From assembly GCA_023701005.1 (NCBI GenBank), contig JAMPXW010000001.1, forward strand, positions 35,769-99,768: a DNA stretch of 64,000 bases. Direction: 5' to 3'. Every line of letters starts with the position of its first letter. Positions within the stretch are counted from its first letter, which is position 1. The notes under the pieces are model-generated. The model saw only the letters and a list, made by a program, of their open reading frames with translations, did no database searches and was not told where the DNA came from. Made by a program: the position numbers and the translations under genes. Of this stretch, positions 1-9,696 are shown piece after piece. The DNA is from Burkholderiales bacterium (GTDB taxonomy: Bacteria; Patescibacteriota; Minisyncoccia; Phycocordibacterales; UBA9973).

Positions 1-408
1 AAAACTTCCTCTGTCGTTCAAATTCATAGAATCAACTTCTTCCCATTCTCCTTTTTCTATTTTAACGAATACACCTTGGCCTAATCTTTCTCCTTTTTCT
101 ACTTTTACTTCTTCATCTTTAATATTATACACTTGTAAAAGAATTTCGTCAGAATCTCCACAAAAATCATTATCAATATACCCTGTACTTACTAAAAGAC
201 CCTTCCTTTTCAAAGTACTAGAACGATCTTTTATTTCCAACATATATCCTTCAGGGATTTTTATAATTACATTAGTAGGTAAACGTTCTATAGACTTAGA
301 AGGAATAACAATATCTACCCTAGAATACAAATCAAAAGCTACTGCACCTTTTGTGTGATATCCTGGTAACGGCAATGTTTTATCTATTCTTTTAATTTTG
401 ATTTTCAT
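1..408 (-). CDS. dut: dUTP diphosphatase, C-terminus truncated by window edge
   Basis: Not in the ORF track because it runs off the edge. Hand translation of the minus strand from ATG at ~406-408 gives MKIKIKRIDKTLPLPGYHTKGAVAFDLYSR...RSSTLKRKGLLVSTGYIDNDFCG, which carries dUTPase motifs. Confidence 0.75.
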   Translation of the reverse strand, partial: MKIKIKRIDKTLPLPGYHTKGAVAFDLYSRVDIVIPSKSIERLPTNVIIKIPEGYMLEIKDRSSTLKRKGLLVSTGYIDNDFCGDSDEILLQVYNIKDEEVKVEKGERLGQGVFVKIEKGEWEEVDSMNLNDRGSF

Positions 409-431
409 TTTATTTGATTTAGCAAAATCAT

Positions 432-1124
432 CTATTTGGTTATAATCATTTTAACTTTTTCATAAACTTCTTCATGAATATCTTCCCTCGTGCGTAATAT
501 ATTTTTATTTGCACATTCTATTTGTATAAATTCTTTTTGTGTCTTTGCTAGCCAAACTGCACTTTTCTGGGAATTTGTTAAATATTCAATATCCCCTTCT
601 ACAATATCTTTCTTCTTGCCTACATATGAACGATTCCCATTTTTATTTCTTTCTTTTATGAGACTCAATATTAGTGGAATGGAAAGATTCAAATAAATTA
701 CAACAGCTGGTCTCGAAATTTTAAAAACTTTATATTCCATTTCATCCAACCATTTGATAAAAGCTTGTCTCTTTCTTATATTAGCTATCTTGCCTCCTTG
801 GTGAATCTGATTGGCAGAGACATATCTATTTGCTATTACAATGTAGCCTTTTTTAAGCCAACTTTCTGTCTTTTCTTTTGACTCAAATCTGTCTGCTGCA
901 TATAACACAGAAGCTATTTTAGGATGAACCTTAACAAAGTTATAATATTGCTCTGTTAAGCAATGTCCAATAAATTTACCAAAAAAATTAGAATAATAAT
1001 CTGGAAAATCAATAATTTTAACTGTCCTACCTTCTTTCTTCAATCTCTTAGACAAGAGCTCAACTTGTGTTGCTTTTCCACTACCATCTGTTCCATCTAT
1101 AACTATGAGTTTCCCCTTTTTCAT
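432..1124 (-). CDS. tmk: thymidylate kinase
   Basis: The N-terminal P-loop IVIDGTDGSGKAT is typical of dTMP kinase. Confidence 0.85.
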   Translation of the reverse strand: MKKGKLIVIDGTDGSGKATQVELLSKRLKKEGRTVKIIDFPDYYSNFFGKFIGHCLTEQYYNFVKVHPKIASVLYAADRFESKEKTESWLKKGYIVIANRYVSANQIHQGGKIANIRKRQAFIKWLDEMEYKVFKISRPAVVIYLNLSIPLILSLIKERNKNGNRSYVGKKKDIVEGDIEYLTNSQKSAVWLAKTQKEFIQIECANKNILRTREDIHEEVYEKVKMIITK

Positions 1125-1164
1125 ATTGTTTTACTATATCAAAAAAGGTCTTAAATTGAAAACT

Positions 1165-1497
1165 CTAAAAATCTAAGATTTTTAATCCTCTTTTGATGAC
1201 AATAAAACCATAACCCCAAAGAAACGGGAGCCAAAGTGGCATTAAACCAAATAAAGTATTTCTCACAAAAGTTTCTACTCCAGTACTAATGAAAACCATC
1301 TCAGACAATATCATTGCGCAAAATCCAAAAAGAAATATAAAAGTATCTCCTTTCTCTTTTTTAATAAAGAAAGAAATTAAAATGATTCCCAAATACACCA
1401 CTGTCAAAATATAATCGTTTTGAATAATTGGTATTAACCAAATCATTACAAGAATTGGAATAATATTTAAAATTATATTTATTATTTTATTTTTCAT
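1165..1497 (-). CDS. small hydrophobic membrane protein, function unknown
   Basis: 110-aa ORF with several predicted TM helices. It sits inside the minus-strand operon between the NUDIX gene and tmk. Confidence 0.45.
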   Translation of the reverse strand: MKNKIINIILNIIPILVMIWLIPIIQNDYILTVVYLGIILISFFIKKEKGDTFIFLFGFCAMILSEMVFISTGVETFVRNTLFGLMPLWLPFLWGYGFIVIKRGLKILDF

Positions 1498-1500
1498 ATT

Positions 1501-1977
1501 TTATTTTTCTCCTAGCTCTTTTAATGCTTCTTCTGCATAAAATCGTACGTTCCGGGGTAAATTTATTTTTCTAAGTTCAAGTAAGTCTAACCATTTAGTT
1601 TCTGAACGTTCGTGTTCCATTACAGAATTTAATAATATATCATTTTTTGCCTTTGCAAAATAAACAAAAACTATGTGTTTATGTGATGAAGTAGCAGGAT
1701 GCATTCCAAGATATTTAGGAGGAATTAAATCAATATACCCACAATTTTCTTCATCACCATTCCCTATTCCCTTTTCTCCTCCTATTATCTCTACATCTAA
1801 CCCAACCTCTTCTTTTACTTCACGCATCGCAGCTTCTATTGGGTCTTCATCTAGTTCAATATGCCCTCCTACTGAAAGCCAAACTTTATGTTTATCATGC
1901 ATGCGAAGAAGTACTTTGTTTTTGTAAACAATAAATACTTCTACTGTAAAATCAACTTTTTCATGAATGTGTGGCAT
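1501..1977 (-). CDS. NUDIX hydrolase
   Basis: Nudix box GGHIELDEDPIEAAMREVKEEVGL (GX5EX7REUXEEXGU). Confidence 0.8.
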   Translation of the reverse strand: MPHIHEKVDFTVEVFIVYKNKVLLRMHDKHKVWLSVGGHIELDEDPIEAAMREVKEEVGLDVEIIGGEKGIGNGDEENCGYIDLIPPKYLGMHPATSSHKHIVFVYFAKAKNDILLNSVMEHERSETKWLDLLELRKINLPRNVRFYAEEALKELGEK

Positions 1978-1978
1978 A

Positions 1979-2710
1979 TTATTTAATCTTTATTTCATTA
2001 TTTAAGTCTTTTTTTATTTCTTTGTTTTCTTTTCTTCTCAAATATATCTCTTCATATAATTTCGGATTAAATCTTCGTAAATACTCCCAACCTTTTGGAA
2101 TTATTTTAGTTTCTGTGTCAAAATCATACTTCTTTGCGAATTCTTTTATATTGTCTTTCATTTGTTTTATTTGATTTTCATCTTCAACCATAACTTCAAT
2201 TTCACATAGATCATATCCAAAACTTAATTTATCGACATCAATCTTGAATCCCTCTTTTATATATTCTTTCCTCTCAGTCTTAAAATCGATATATGAAACA
2301 AGCTTCTTGTCTTTCATTAATTCTTCAATGCTTTTCCCTGTATTAAAATAATTCTTTATATCATCTGAAACATCGCTTAAATAATCCTTTATCTCATTCT
2401 TATCATTTATTTCAATATCCGCTTTCGAATCAATTTTAATTTTTAATTCCAAAACTCCAGTAGCTTCATATCCTTCTTTTTTTGAAAGTCGATAACGCAA
2501 ACGTACTTCATCTTTTAACAATCTAAAATCATCAAAATCATAATAAATATCTCTGATATTTACATTTGAAACCACTTCTAAACCCTCAATCATCTTATTT
2601 AATTGTTCTTCAGTTGGCTGAAATTTTAATTCCACTTCAATATCTCTTTTCTTCTCTTTTTTTGCGTCATCTTTTTCATCCATAGAATTATTTGTTCTAT
2701 CTTTAAACAA
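1979..2710 (-). CDS. CYTH-domain (triphosphate tunnel metalloenzyme) protein
   Basis: An EXEXK-type motif IEVELKF near the N-terminus and an acidic/Lys-rich beta-barrel-like composition. Confidence 0.6.
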   Translation of the reverse strand: MFKDRTNNSMDEKDDAKKEKKRDIEVELKFQPTEEQLNKMIEGLEVVSNVNIRDIYYDFDDFRLLKDEVRLRYRLSKKEGYEATGVLELKIKIDSKADIEINDKNEIKDYLSDVSDDIKNYFNTGKSIEELMKDKKLVSYIDFKTERKEYIKEGFKIDVDKLSFGYDLCEIEVMVEDENQIKQMKDNIKEFAKKYDFDTETKIIPKGWEYLRRFNPKLYEEIYLRRKENKEIKKDLNNEIKIK

Positions 2711-3947
2711 ACTTTTTTGGTATTGGAAACTTTTTAGCGAGTTTTTTAATTTCTTTATGAATGACCTCTTTCACTTTTTTATCATCTTTATTTTTAAGCG
2801 TCTTTATTATGAGTTCAGCCACATAAGCACATTCCTTTTCTTTAAAACCACGTGTGGTTATGGCTGGCGTACCAAACCTTATACCAGAAGGGTCTAATGG
2901 CTTCCTCGTATCTCCAGCAATGGCATTCATATTTAAAGTAATACCTACTTCATCGAGTACTGTCTGCGCCTCTTTGCCTGTCACACCCAACGAACCAAAA
3001 ACATCCGCCAAAATAAGATGATTGTCTGTGCCTCCACCTATCATGCGAATCTTATTTTTGAGAAAAACTTTTTCCATAGCCTTAGCATTTTTTAAAATTT
3101 GTTTTGCATACTTTTTGTATTTTGGTGTCATTGCTTCACCGAAAGCCACAGCCTTTGCAGCGATAATATGCATATGTGGACCACCTTGTATCCCTGGGAA
3201 AATAGCTTTGTCTATCTTTTTTGCTATTTCTTCATTGTCTTTAGTCAAAATTATTCCACCTCGAGGGCCTCTCAATGTTTTATGCGTAGTCGAAGTGATA
3301 ATATCAAAACCATCATCAAAAGGATTACGAAGAACTCCTCCTGCTATGAGCCCTGCGATGTGTGCCATATCAGCCATAGTGACAGCACCTACTTCGCGAG
3401 CTATCTCTACAAATTTTTTGTAATCGAGATTGCGTGAATATGCAGAAAAACCAGCAAGAATAATTTTGGGTTTGTATTGTAGAGCTTGCTTTCTTAAATC
3501 TTCATAATCAATTTCACCCGTATCGGGATCTTTCATTTTGTAAGTGATAAACTTATAAATCTTTGCAGGCAAAGTCATCGGATGTCCATGCGTCAAATGT
3601 CCTCCGTGAGATAAGTCCATTCCTAAAACAACATCTCCAGGATTCAAAAGCGCAGAATAAACAGCCAGATTTGCTGGAGCACCAGAATGTGGTTGAACAT
3701 TGGCAAATTTACATTTAAATAATTTACATACTCTTTCTATTGCAAGACGTTCAACAGCATCAGTAAAATCTTGACCACCATAATATCTACGTCCTGGGTA
3801 TCCTTCAGAATATTTATTAGTAAAAATAGAACCGTTGGCTTTCAACACATCTTCTGAAACATAATTTTCAGACGGTATGAGTTCCAAGCCTTCTTTTTGT
3901 CTTTTTTCTTCAGCTTTTATTAGCTTTTCTATTAGTTTATCTCGCAT
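2703..3947 (-). CDS. glyA: serine hydroxymethyltransferase
   Basis: SEGYPGRRYYGG, HLTHGHP and PLP-lysine region TTHKTLRGPRGG. Confidence 0.95.
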   Translation of the reverse strand: MRDKLIEKLIKAEEKRQKEGLELIPSENYVSEDVLKANGSIFTNKYSEGYPGRRYYGGQDFTDAVERLAIERVCKLFKCKFANVQPHSGAPANLAVYSALLNPGDVVLGMDLSHGGHLTHGHPMTLPAKIYKFITYKMKDPDTGEIDYEDLRKQALQYKPKIILAGFSAYSRNLDYKKFVEIAREVGAVTMADMAHIAGLIAGGVLRNPFDDGFDIITSTTHKTLRGPRGGIILTKDNEEIAKKIDKAIFPGIQGGPHMHIIAAKAVAFGEAMTPKYKKYAKQILKNAKAMEKVFLKNKIRMIGGGTDNHLILADVFGSLGVTGKEAQTVLDEVGITLNMNAIAGDTRKPLDPSGIRFGTPAITTRGFKEKECAYVAELIIKTLKNKDDKKVKEVIHKEIKKLAKKFPIPKKFV

Positions 3948-4795
3948 TCATTTATTTTAGCACATTTAATAAATATTGTTCCTAGGAGGTCTGTTCTGAG
4001 TATTTTGGAGTTAAATAACGACAAAGTGTCTAATGTATTCTGATGTGGGTGTCCATATTTGTTGTCTTTGCCATCCGAAATTAAAGAATACAAAGGAGAA
4101 ATAGCTTTAACAAAATCTTCTGATGAAGAAGTTCTAGAGCCATGATGCCCTACCTTCAAAACAGTACTTTTTAATTTTGAAATTGAATTATTTTCAAGAA
4201 TTATTTTCTCTGTTTTTATAGTAGAATCACCTGTGAGCATGATAGAAAAATTCCTATAAGAAAGTCTGGCCACGAGAGAACCATCGTTGGTGGCAAAAGC
4301 TGAAACATCTCTATCTGGAAACAAAACTTCAATCAAAACTCCACCACCCAAATCGAGCTTCATACCTTTTTTCGCCAAAATACTTGGTATATTTTTTTCT
4401 TTTAATTCATTTTTTAAATTCTGATAAACTTTTGAATCTGTTAAAGTGCCCGGTTCAAATACCTCTTTTACTTCATATGTTTTCAAAACATCTAAAAATC
4501 CTCCAATATGATCTTGGTCTGGATTAGAAATAATAAAAGCATCTATCTGCCTATCAAAAGGAGACATAACTTTAGAAAGTTCTGTCAAAATCTTTCTTGG
4601 AGGTCCTCCATCAATCAAAACTTGATTGCCCGTGGGAGATTCTATAAACAAAGCATCCCCTTGTCCAACGTCCAACATAACAAATTTGAAACTATTATTA
4701 GAACTTTGCAAATCAAGATATATAAGCAAAAAATTTACTAGGACAAGCAGAAAGATGAAGGATATTAACCAGTACTTTTTGCTTTTTTCAAACAT
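3932..4795 (-). CDS. ComEC-like metallo-beta-lactamase-fold domain protein with N-terminal TM anchor (C-terminal module of a split ComEC)
   Basis: VMLDVGQGDALFIESPTGNQVLIDGG and KVGHHGSRTSSS are MBL-fold motifs typical of the ComEC C-terminal domain. Confidence 0.7.
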   Translation of the reverse strand: MFEKSKKYWLISFIFLLVLVNFLLIYLDLQSSNNSFKFVMLDVGQGDALFIESPTGNQVLIDGGPPRKILTELSKVMSPFDRQIDAFIISNPDQDHIGGFLDVLKTYEVKEVFEPGTLTDSKVYQNLKNELKEKNIPSILAKKGMKLDLGGGVLIEVLFPDRDVSAFATNDGSLVARLSYRNFSIMLTGDSTIKTEKIILENNSISKLKSTVLKVGHHGSRTSSSEDFVKAISPLYSLISDGKDNKYGHPHQNTLDTLSLFNSKILRTDLLGTIFIKCAKINECEIN

Positions 4796-4851
4796 GCTAT
4801 AATCATAACACGAACAAATCTCCTTATATTATTAATTAACTACAAAAAATT

Positions 4852-5433
4852 ATGAAAAAAATAGAAGAAAAAAAGTTTAACTTATCTGAATTAAAGGGCA
4901 TTTCAGTTAAAACAATAGAAGAACATTTGAAACTTTACGCAGGATATGTAAAACATGCCAATATTATTCTAGAAAAAATTGAAGAATATAGCCTAGATTA
5001 CGACAAAAACTCTTATACCATAGGAGAATTACAAAGACGTTTTGGTTTTGAATATAATGGGGTCAAAAATCATGAAATATATTTCGAATCACTTTCAAAA
5101 GACCCAAAAGACTTACCCTCGGATTCAAAACTAAAAGAAGCAATATCTACAGAGTTTGGGTCTTTCGAAAAGTGGCTAGAATCATTCAAGAAAATGGCTT
5201 TAACTAGAGGCATCGGTTGGGCAATGCTTTGTTATGACAAAAAAGAAAATAGATTGTTGAATGCATGGATAGATGAACAACATTTAGGATTATTGCAAAA
5301 TTGTAACACAATCCTCGCACTAGATATGTGGGAACATTCTTATTATTTAGATTACACACCAGCAGAAAAGAAAAAATACGTTGAAGCTTTTTTTGAAAAC
5401 CTAAATTGGAAAGAAATTGAAAAAAACTTTTAA
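4852..5433 (+). CDS. sod: Fe/Mn superoxide dismutase
   Basis: C-terminal metal-ligand motif DMWEHSYYLDY and SOD-like length and fold signature. Confidence 0.85.
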   Translation: MKKIEEKKFNLSELKGISVKTIEEHLKLYAGYVKHANIILEKIEEYSLDYDKNSYTIGELQRRFGFEYNGVKNHEIYFESLSKDPKDLPSDSKLKEAISTEFGSFEKWLESFKKMALTRGIGWAMLCYDKKENRLLNAWIDEQHLGLLQNCNTILALDMWEHSYYLDYTPAEKKKYVEAFFENLNWKEIEKNF

Positions 5434-5505
5434 GTTTTTAATAAAAATATTAAATATTAAGTTTTTAAGTTTTTATAAAGAATCAATTTCTATAAAGCAA
5501 TCTAT

Positions 5506-5523
5506 CTGGCGAAGCTTCGCCAG
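5506..5523. terminator. 18-bp perfect GC-rich palindrome CTGGCGAAGCTTCGCCAG between convergent sod and comEC
   Basis: Seen directly in the sequence. There is no clean U-tract on either side, so it may be a factor-dependent terminator or an RNA-stabilising hairpin. Confidence 0.4.
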
Positions 5524-5596
5524 CGAACTGCTCGTCACTCAAGAAAATAATAAATAGAATACTATTTTTATTTTCTAAGCTCCTACGCAAGGCTTT

Positions 5597-7063
5597 CTAT
5601 AAATTATTCTTAAAAAAACTTTGCAGTGTGATTCTCCAAAAAAGTAGATAGACAAAATAAATATAGATAACCAAAACAAAAACTAAAGGAAAATTGGGAA
5701 TAGAAATAGCGGCAAAAGGGAGATTAGAAAAGAAACTTATTATGGACAATTCATAATGCAATAAAAGTTGAGAAACAAAACCAAAAGGAACAGAAAAAGC
5801 ATATGAAACAAACCCCGAGAGTCCCGTCAAAAACCCTAAAAGCATTGTGGGTGGGATAAAAGGCAAAATTAATATATTAGCTGGGAGAGCAACTAATGAA
5901 AGATTGCCCATTTTGTAAAGGATAAAAGGTAAAACAAACACATAACAAGCAACTGTCACAGACACAATATCTCTCAATTTAAAACGAGGAGTAACCCATA
6001 AAAAATATTTCTCTATTTTAGGAGTATAGAAAATGACAGCCACTGTGGCTATAAAAGAAAGTTGAAAAGAAACATCAAATACTAAAATAAATGGATTGAC
6101 CAAAACCATAATAACTCCAGCCAATATTAATGCTCGAGAAACATCATAATTTCTACCTATCAATCTGGCAAAAAGAGCTAAGCCTGCCATTATACCCGCT
6201 CTTACAGCAGTAGATGAACCTCCTGTCATCAAAACAAAAAGTAGAATAGAGAAAATGCCGGCCCCTAGTCCGATGTTCTTTGGAAAAGAGGCAAGCATTT
6301 TCATTATCCATTCAGCCACGATCGTCACATTATATCCAGACAAAGCGACGATGTGTATCGTTCCTGTGTTTACAAAACTCTGCCTCAGAGATTCGTCAAA
6401 AGCAGATTTTTCTCCTAAAATAAGCCCACCCATCAATAATGATTCTGGTTCCCTAATAGACAAATTCATTTTATCTAAAAATTTATCTTTAACGGAAAAC
6501 AATATACTCTTTATAAAATTGCCATTATTATGTGAATCTATCTCAACCTCTGGGTATTTAACAATATAAAAAATTCCATCTTTTCTTAAATAATTGACAT
6601 AATCAAATTCTTTTCCTTGATCTGTCATGAAATTTTCTGGTTTTTCTAATTTCCCTTTTATACTTAAACCATCACCATATTTGAAATCTAAATCTAAATT
6701 TGTAATTACTAAAATTTTAGTTTTTATTTTGTTTATAAATATTTCTACTACTAATTTTTGATTATTTTCTGTAATAGTCGGATCATCTATGACATTACCC
6801 ACAAAAGAACTTTCAACGTATTTTACATCTGGCATAGAGATATCTGCCATACCAAATCTAAAAATTCCAAAAGAAAAAGTAAGCATGAATATTCCCCAAA
6901 ATATAATAAAACTATTTTTTGAAATAAAATAATAAAACAAAATAATTCCAAAAGATATTATTCCAAATAAGATAACTAGATTTAAATTTACAAAAATAAA
7001 AGAGCGCAAAAGCACTCCTAAAATAAAACCAATGGAAGATAAATAAAATATTCTATCTTGCAT
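5597..7063 (-). CDS. comEC: ComEC/Rec2 membrane channel module (OB-fold/DUF4131-like N-terminus plus competence domain), separate from the MBL module
   Basis: Polytopic membrane protein whose C-terminal half resembles the ComEC competence domain (GSSTAVRAGIMAGLALFARLIG..LSFIATVAVI). Confidence 0.65.
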   Translation of the reverse strand: MQDRIFYLSSIGFILGVLLRSFIFVNLNLVILFGIISFGIILFYYFISKNSFIIFWGIFMLTFSFGIFRFGMADISMPDVKYVESSFVGNVIDDPTITENNQKLVVEIFINKIKTKILVITNLDLDFKYGDGLSIKGKLEKPENFMTDQGKEFDYVNYLRKDGIFYIVKYPEVEIDSHNNGNFIKSILFSVKDKFLDKMNLSIREPESLLMGGLILGEKSAFDESLRQSFVNTGTIHIVALSGYNVTIVAEWIMKMLASFPKNIGLGAGIFSILLFVLMTGGSSTAVRAGIMAGLALFARLIGRNYDVSRALILAGVIMVLVNPFILVFDVSFQLSFIATVAVIFYTPKIEKYFLWVTPRFKLRDIVSVTVACYVFVLPFILYKMGNLSLVALPANILILPFIPPTMLLGFLTGLSGFVSYAFSVPFGFVSQLLLHYELSIISFFSNLPFAAISIPNFPLVFVLVIYIYFVYLLFWRITLQSFFKNNL

Positions 7064-7085
7064 TTAAGTAATTAAACTTAAAATT

Positions 7086-7580
7086 TTAAATTTCATTTTT
7101 TAATTCTATTTCATTATTATCTGCGAAGTTTGTCGCTATCTCATCTGCTCTGTCGTTCCATTTGTCTCCACTATGCCCTTCTACATACTGCCATTTAATC
7201 TGAAAATTCTTAGTAAGTTCATAAAGTTCTACCCATAATTCTTTATTTAAAACTGGTTTTTTGGCAGCATTTCTCCAATTATTTTTTTGCCAATTAAAAA
7301 TCCATTCAGTGATACCATGTATAACATATTTAGAATCAGCAAATATTTCTATCTCCTTTTCCGCTAGGTCTTGCCTAGCGGAGATATATTTTAACGCTTC
7401 TATCGGAGCCATGAGCTCCATTTGATTGTTTGTGGCATGAGCTGAAAATCCTCCCAATTCTTTTATTTTATTATCAAACATAATAATAGTTGCCCAACCA
7501 GCTTTACCTGGATTCCCTCTAGCAGCACCATCTGTATAAATAATAATTTTATTCTTTCCCATATTTCTATAGTATATCAA
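7086..7580 (-). CDS. rnhA: ribonuclease HI
   Basis: YTDGAARGNPG, TNNQMEL and a C-terminal HSGDKWNDRADEIA motif. Confidence 0.85.
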   Translation of the reverse strand: MIYYRNMGKNKIIIYTDGAARGNPGKAGWATIIMFDNKIKELGGFSAHATNNQMELMAPIEALKYISARQDLAEKEIEIFADSKYVIHGITEWIFNWQKNNWRNAAKKPVLNKELWVELYELTKNFQIKWQYVEGHSGDKWNDRADEIATNFADNNEIELKNEI

Positions 7581-9261
7581 TAATTCTAAGTCTTAGCTCT
7601 TCTTTGCCTTTGAATCTAGACATATCAAAATTGGCAAGGAGACTTACCTTTTTACCTTCTTCTAATTTTGTTTTAAAAGAATCTTGATTTGAAAAGAAAG
7701 ACACTCCTTTTATTTTATTTTTTACATCTTCAGTACTTTTATCAGAAAAAGTTATTTCCAAATGTTCTCCAGAACCATTTTTGCCAAACTTTTTTATATT
7801 ATCTATCTTTACACTCTCAAACAAAAACACGGGCTTAGGATTAGCAAGACCAAAAGGAGAAAGTTTTTCTAATTCAGACCAATTTTTCTTATTTACTTCA
7901 TTTAAAGTAGAACGAACGTCATAAGAAATTTCTTCCCCTTTCATTTCTCTTTTTACTTTATGAAAAGAAGTAGCGAGCGCATCTTCTAAAAAATGAATTT
8001 TCTCTCCATCAACAGAAAAACCTCCTGCTCCCTCATGCCCTCCAAAATCCAAAAAAGAATCAATGCTTTCAGACATCAATTCTACTAAAGACACAGATCC
8101 ATCACTTCTACATGAACCTTTGATAACATCATTCTCATCTTTACCCCAAACAAATACGGGCCTTTTGTAGGCTTCCACGATCTTACTAGCCACTATTCCC
8201 AATACGCCGACTCGCCATTCTCCATTGCCTATGACTATCACTTCTTTCAATTCTCTTTTTTCTAATTTTTTATTTACTTCACGCATTATACTGATAACCA
8301 TCGTCTTCCTATCATCATTTATCTTCGTCAAATGATCAGCCAATATCCCTGCCTCTACTTCATCTGTCGTAGCCAGAAGTTCATAAGCTTTGAAGGGATC
8401 ATCCATTCTAGAAGCAGCATTCAACCTGGGTGTAATCATAAAACCGATATCATCTTCATTTAAATACTTTTGTTTTATATTTAATTTACTTAAAAGTTTT
8501 TGCAATCCTCTGCGTGGAGATTTTTGTAAAACTTTCATACCAAAATACGCCATAGCTCTATTTTCTCCCAAAAGAGGAACAAGATCAGAAAGAGTAGCTA
8601 GCCCTGCCATATCTAACAACCATTTCTCCCAACCTTCTTTTATTTTAAAATATTCTCCATATTTTTTTATAAAACCTTGAACAAATTTAAATACCACACC
8701 CGCACCACACAACATCTTTTCAGGATAATCATCTACTTTAGGATTTAAAATAGCAAAAGCTTTTGGCAATACAAAGGAGGCAGACCCGCCTTGACTTGCG
8801 TCAACGCGAGGCAGGTGATGATCTGTAATGATGACATCAATACCGCCCACTTCTGCTTTTGCAACTTCAGAGATTGCAGCGATGCCTAAATCTACCGTTA
8901 TTAAAAGTTTTACTTTATTTTTTATAAATTCATCTATGGCTTTTTCATTCAAACCATAACCTTCAGTATTTCTTCCAGGAATATAAACTTCATAATTTGA
9001 ATAATTTATTTTTTTAAACAAATCTTGAAAAATGACAGCTCCAGGTATTCCATCACAATCATAATCTGCATAGATAACAGTTTTTTCTTTATTTTCTATG
9101 ACTTCAAAAAGCTTCACGCAGGCTTTATCCATATCTCTCATTAAAAAAGGATCGTGAAAATCTCTTTCGTAATCTGGATTTAAAAAAACTTCAGCATCTT
9201 CTATGTTTTTTATTCCTCTCTTTTCTAAAATATTCCGAAGTAATTCATGGTACCTTTGCAT
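7567..9261 (-). CDS. recJ: single-stranded-DNA-specific exonuclease RecJ
   Basis: DHH family motifs DYDCDG and ITDHH, plus the DHHA1 motif GGHEGAGG. Confidence 0.85.
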   Translation of the reverse strand: MQRYHELLRNILEKRGIKNIEDAEVFLNPDYERDFHDPFLMRDMDKACVKLFEVIENKEKTVIYADYDCDGIPGAVIFQDLFKKINYSNYEVYIPGRNTEGYGLNEKAIDEFIKNKVKLLITVDLGIAAISEVAKAEVGGIDVIITDHHLPRVDASQGGSASFVLPKAFAILNPKVDDYPEKMLCGAGVVFKFVQGFIKKYGEYFKIKEGWEKWLLDMAGLATLSDLVPLLGENRAMAYFGMKVLQKSPRRGLQKLLSKLNIKQKYLNEDDIGFMITPRLNAASRMDDPFKAYELLATTDEVEAGILADHLTKINDDRKTMVISIMREVNKKLEKRELKEVIVIGNGEWRVGVLGIVASKIVEAYKRPVFVWGKDENDVIKGSCRSDGSVSLVELMSESIDSFLDFGGHEGAGGFSVDGEKIHFLEDALATSFHKVKREMKGEEISYDVRSTLNEVNKKNWSELEKLSPFGLANPKPVFLFESVKIDNIKKFGKNGSGEHLEITFSDKSTEDVKNKIKGVSFFSNQDSFKTKLEEGKKVSLLANFDMSRFKGKEELRLRIIDIL

Positions 9262-9297
9262 AAATGCAATTTTAACATAATTTGATACAATATCCTT

Positions 9298-9696
9298 ATG
9301 GAAAATTGTATATTTTGTAAAATCGTTAAAAAAGAAATACCTTCTAAAAACATATATGAAAATGAAAAATTCTTATCATTTCTAGATATCTACCCTGTGT
9401 CCCATGGGCATATACTTATAATACCCAAAAAACATATAATATGGATGCAAGATTCAGACGATGAAACAATATCCGAGATTTTTAAAATAACTAAAAAACT
9501 AATGCTCGCTATTAAAAAAGGCTTAGGTTGTGATTATGTACAAATAGCTGTAAGTGGAAATGATATCCCCCATTTTCATATTCATCTGATACCTAGATAC
9601 AAAAATGACGGTCTCTCCGAATGGCCGACAAAAGAATATAATAGTGAAGAAGACAAAATAGAAATAGTAAAAAAAATTACTGATTCGATTATTTAA
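9298..9696 (+). CDS. HIT-family (histidine triad) hydrolase
   Basis: HFHIHLIP histidine triad. Confidence 0.85.
   Translation: MENCIFCKIVKKEIPSKNIYENEKFLSFLDIYPVSHGHILIIPKKHIIWMQDSDDETISEIFKITKKLMLAIKKGLGCDYVQIAVSGNDIPHFHIHLIPRYKNDGLSEWPTKEYNSEEDKIEIVKKITDSII

Noticed and set aside
490-696. Plus-strand ORFs 490..696 and 963..1154 antisense to tmk. Similar antisense ORFs include 1673..1927, 3022..3437, 6255..6569, 8390..8680, 14413..14607, 15792..16103, 16480..16689, 17126..17377, 18292..21515, 25862..26601, 27119..28523, 34345..34809, 39529..40455 and 44215..44669.
   Set aside because: Each lies entirely inside a longer, well-supported gene on the opposite strand. They have low-complexity or skewed composition and no RBS, as expected for chance ORFs in AT-rich DNA.
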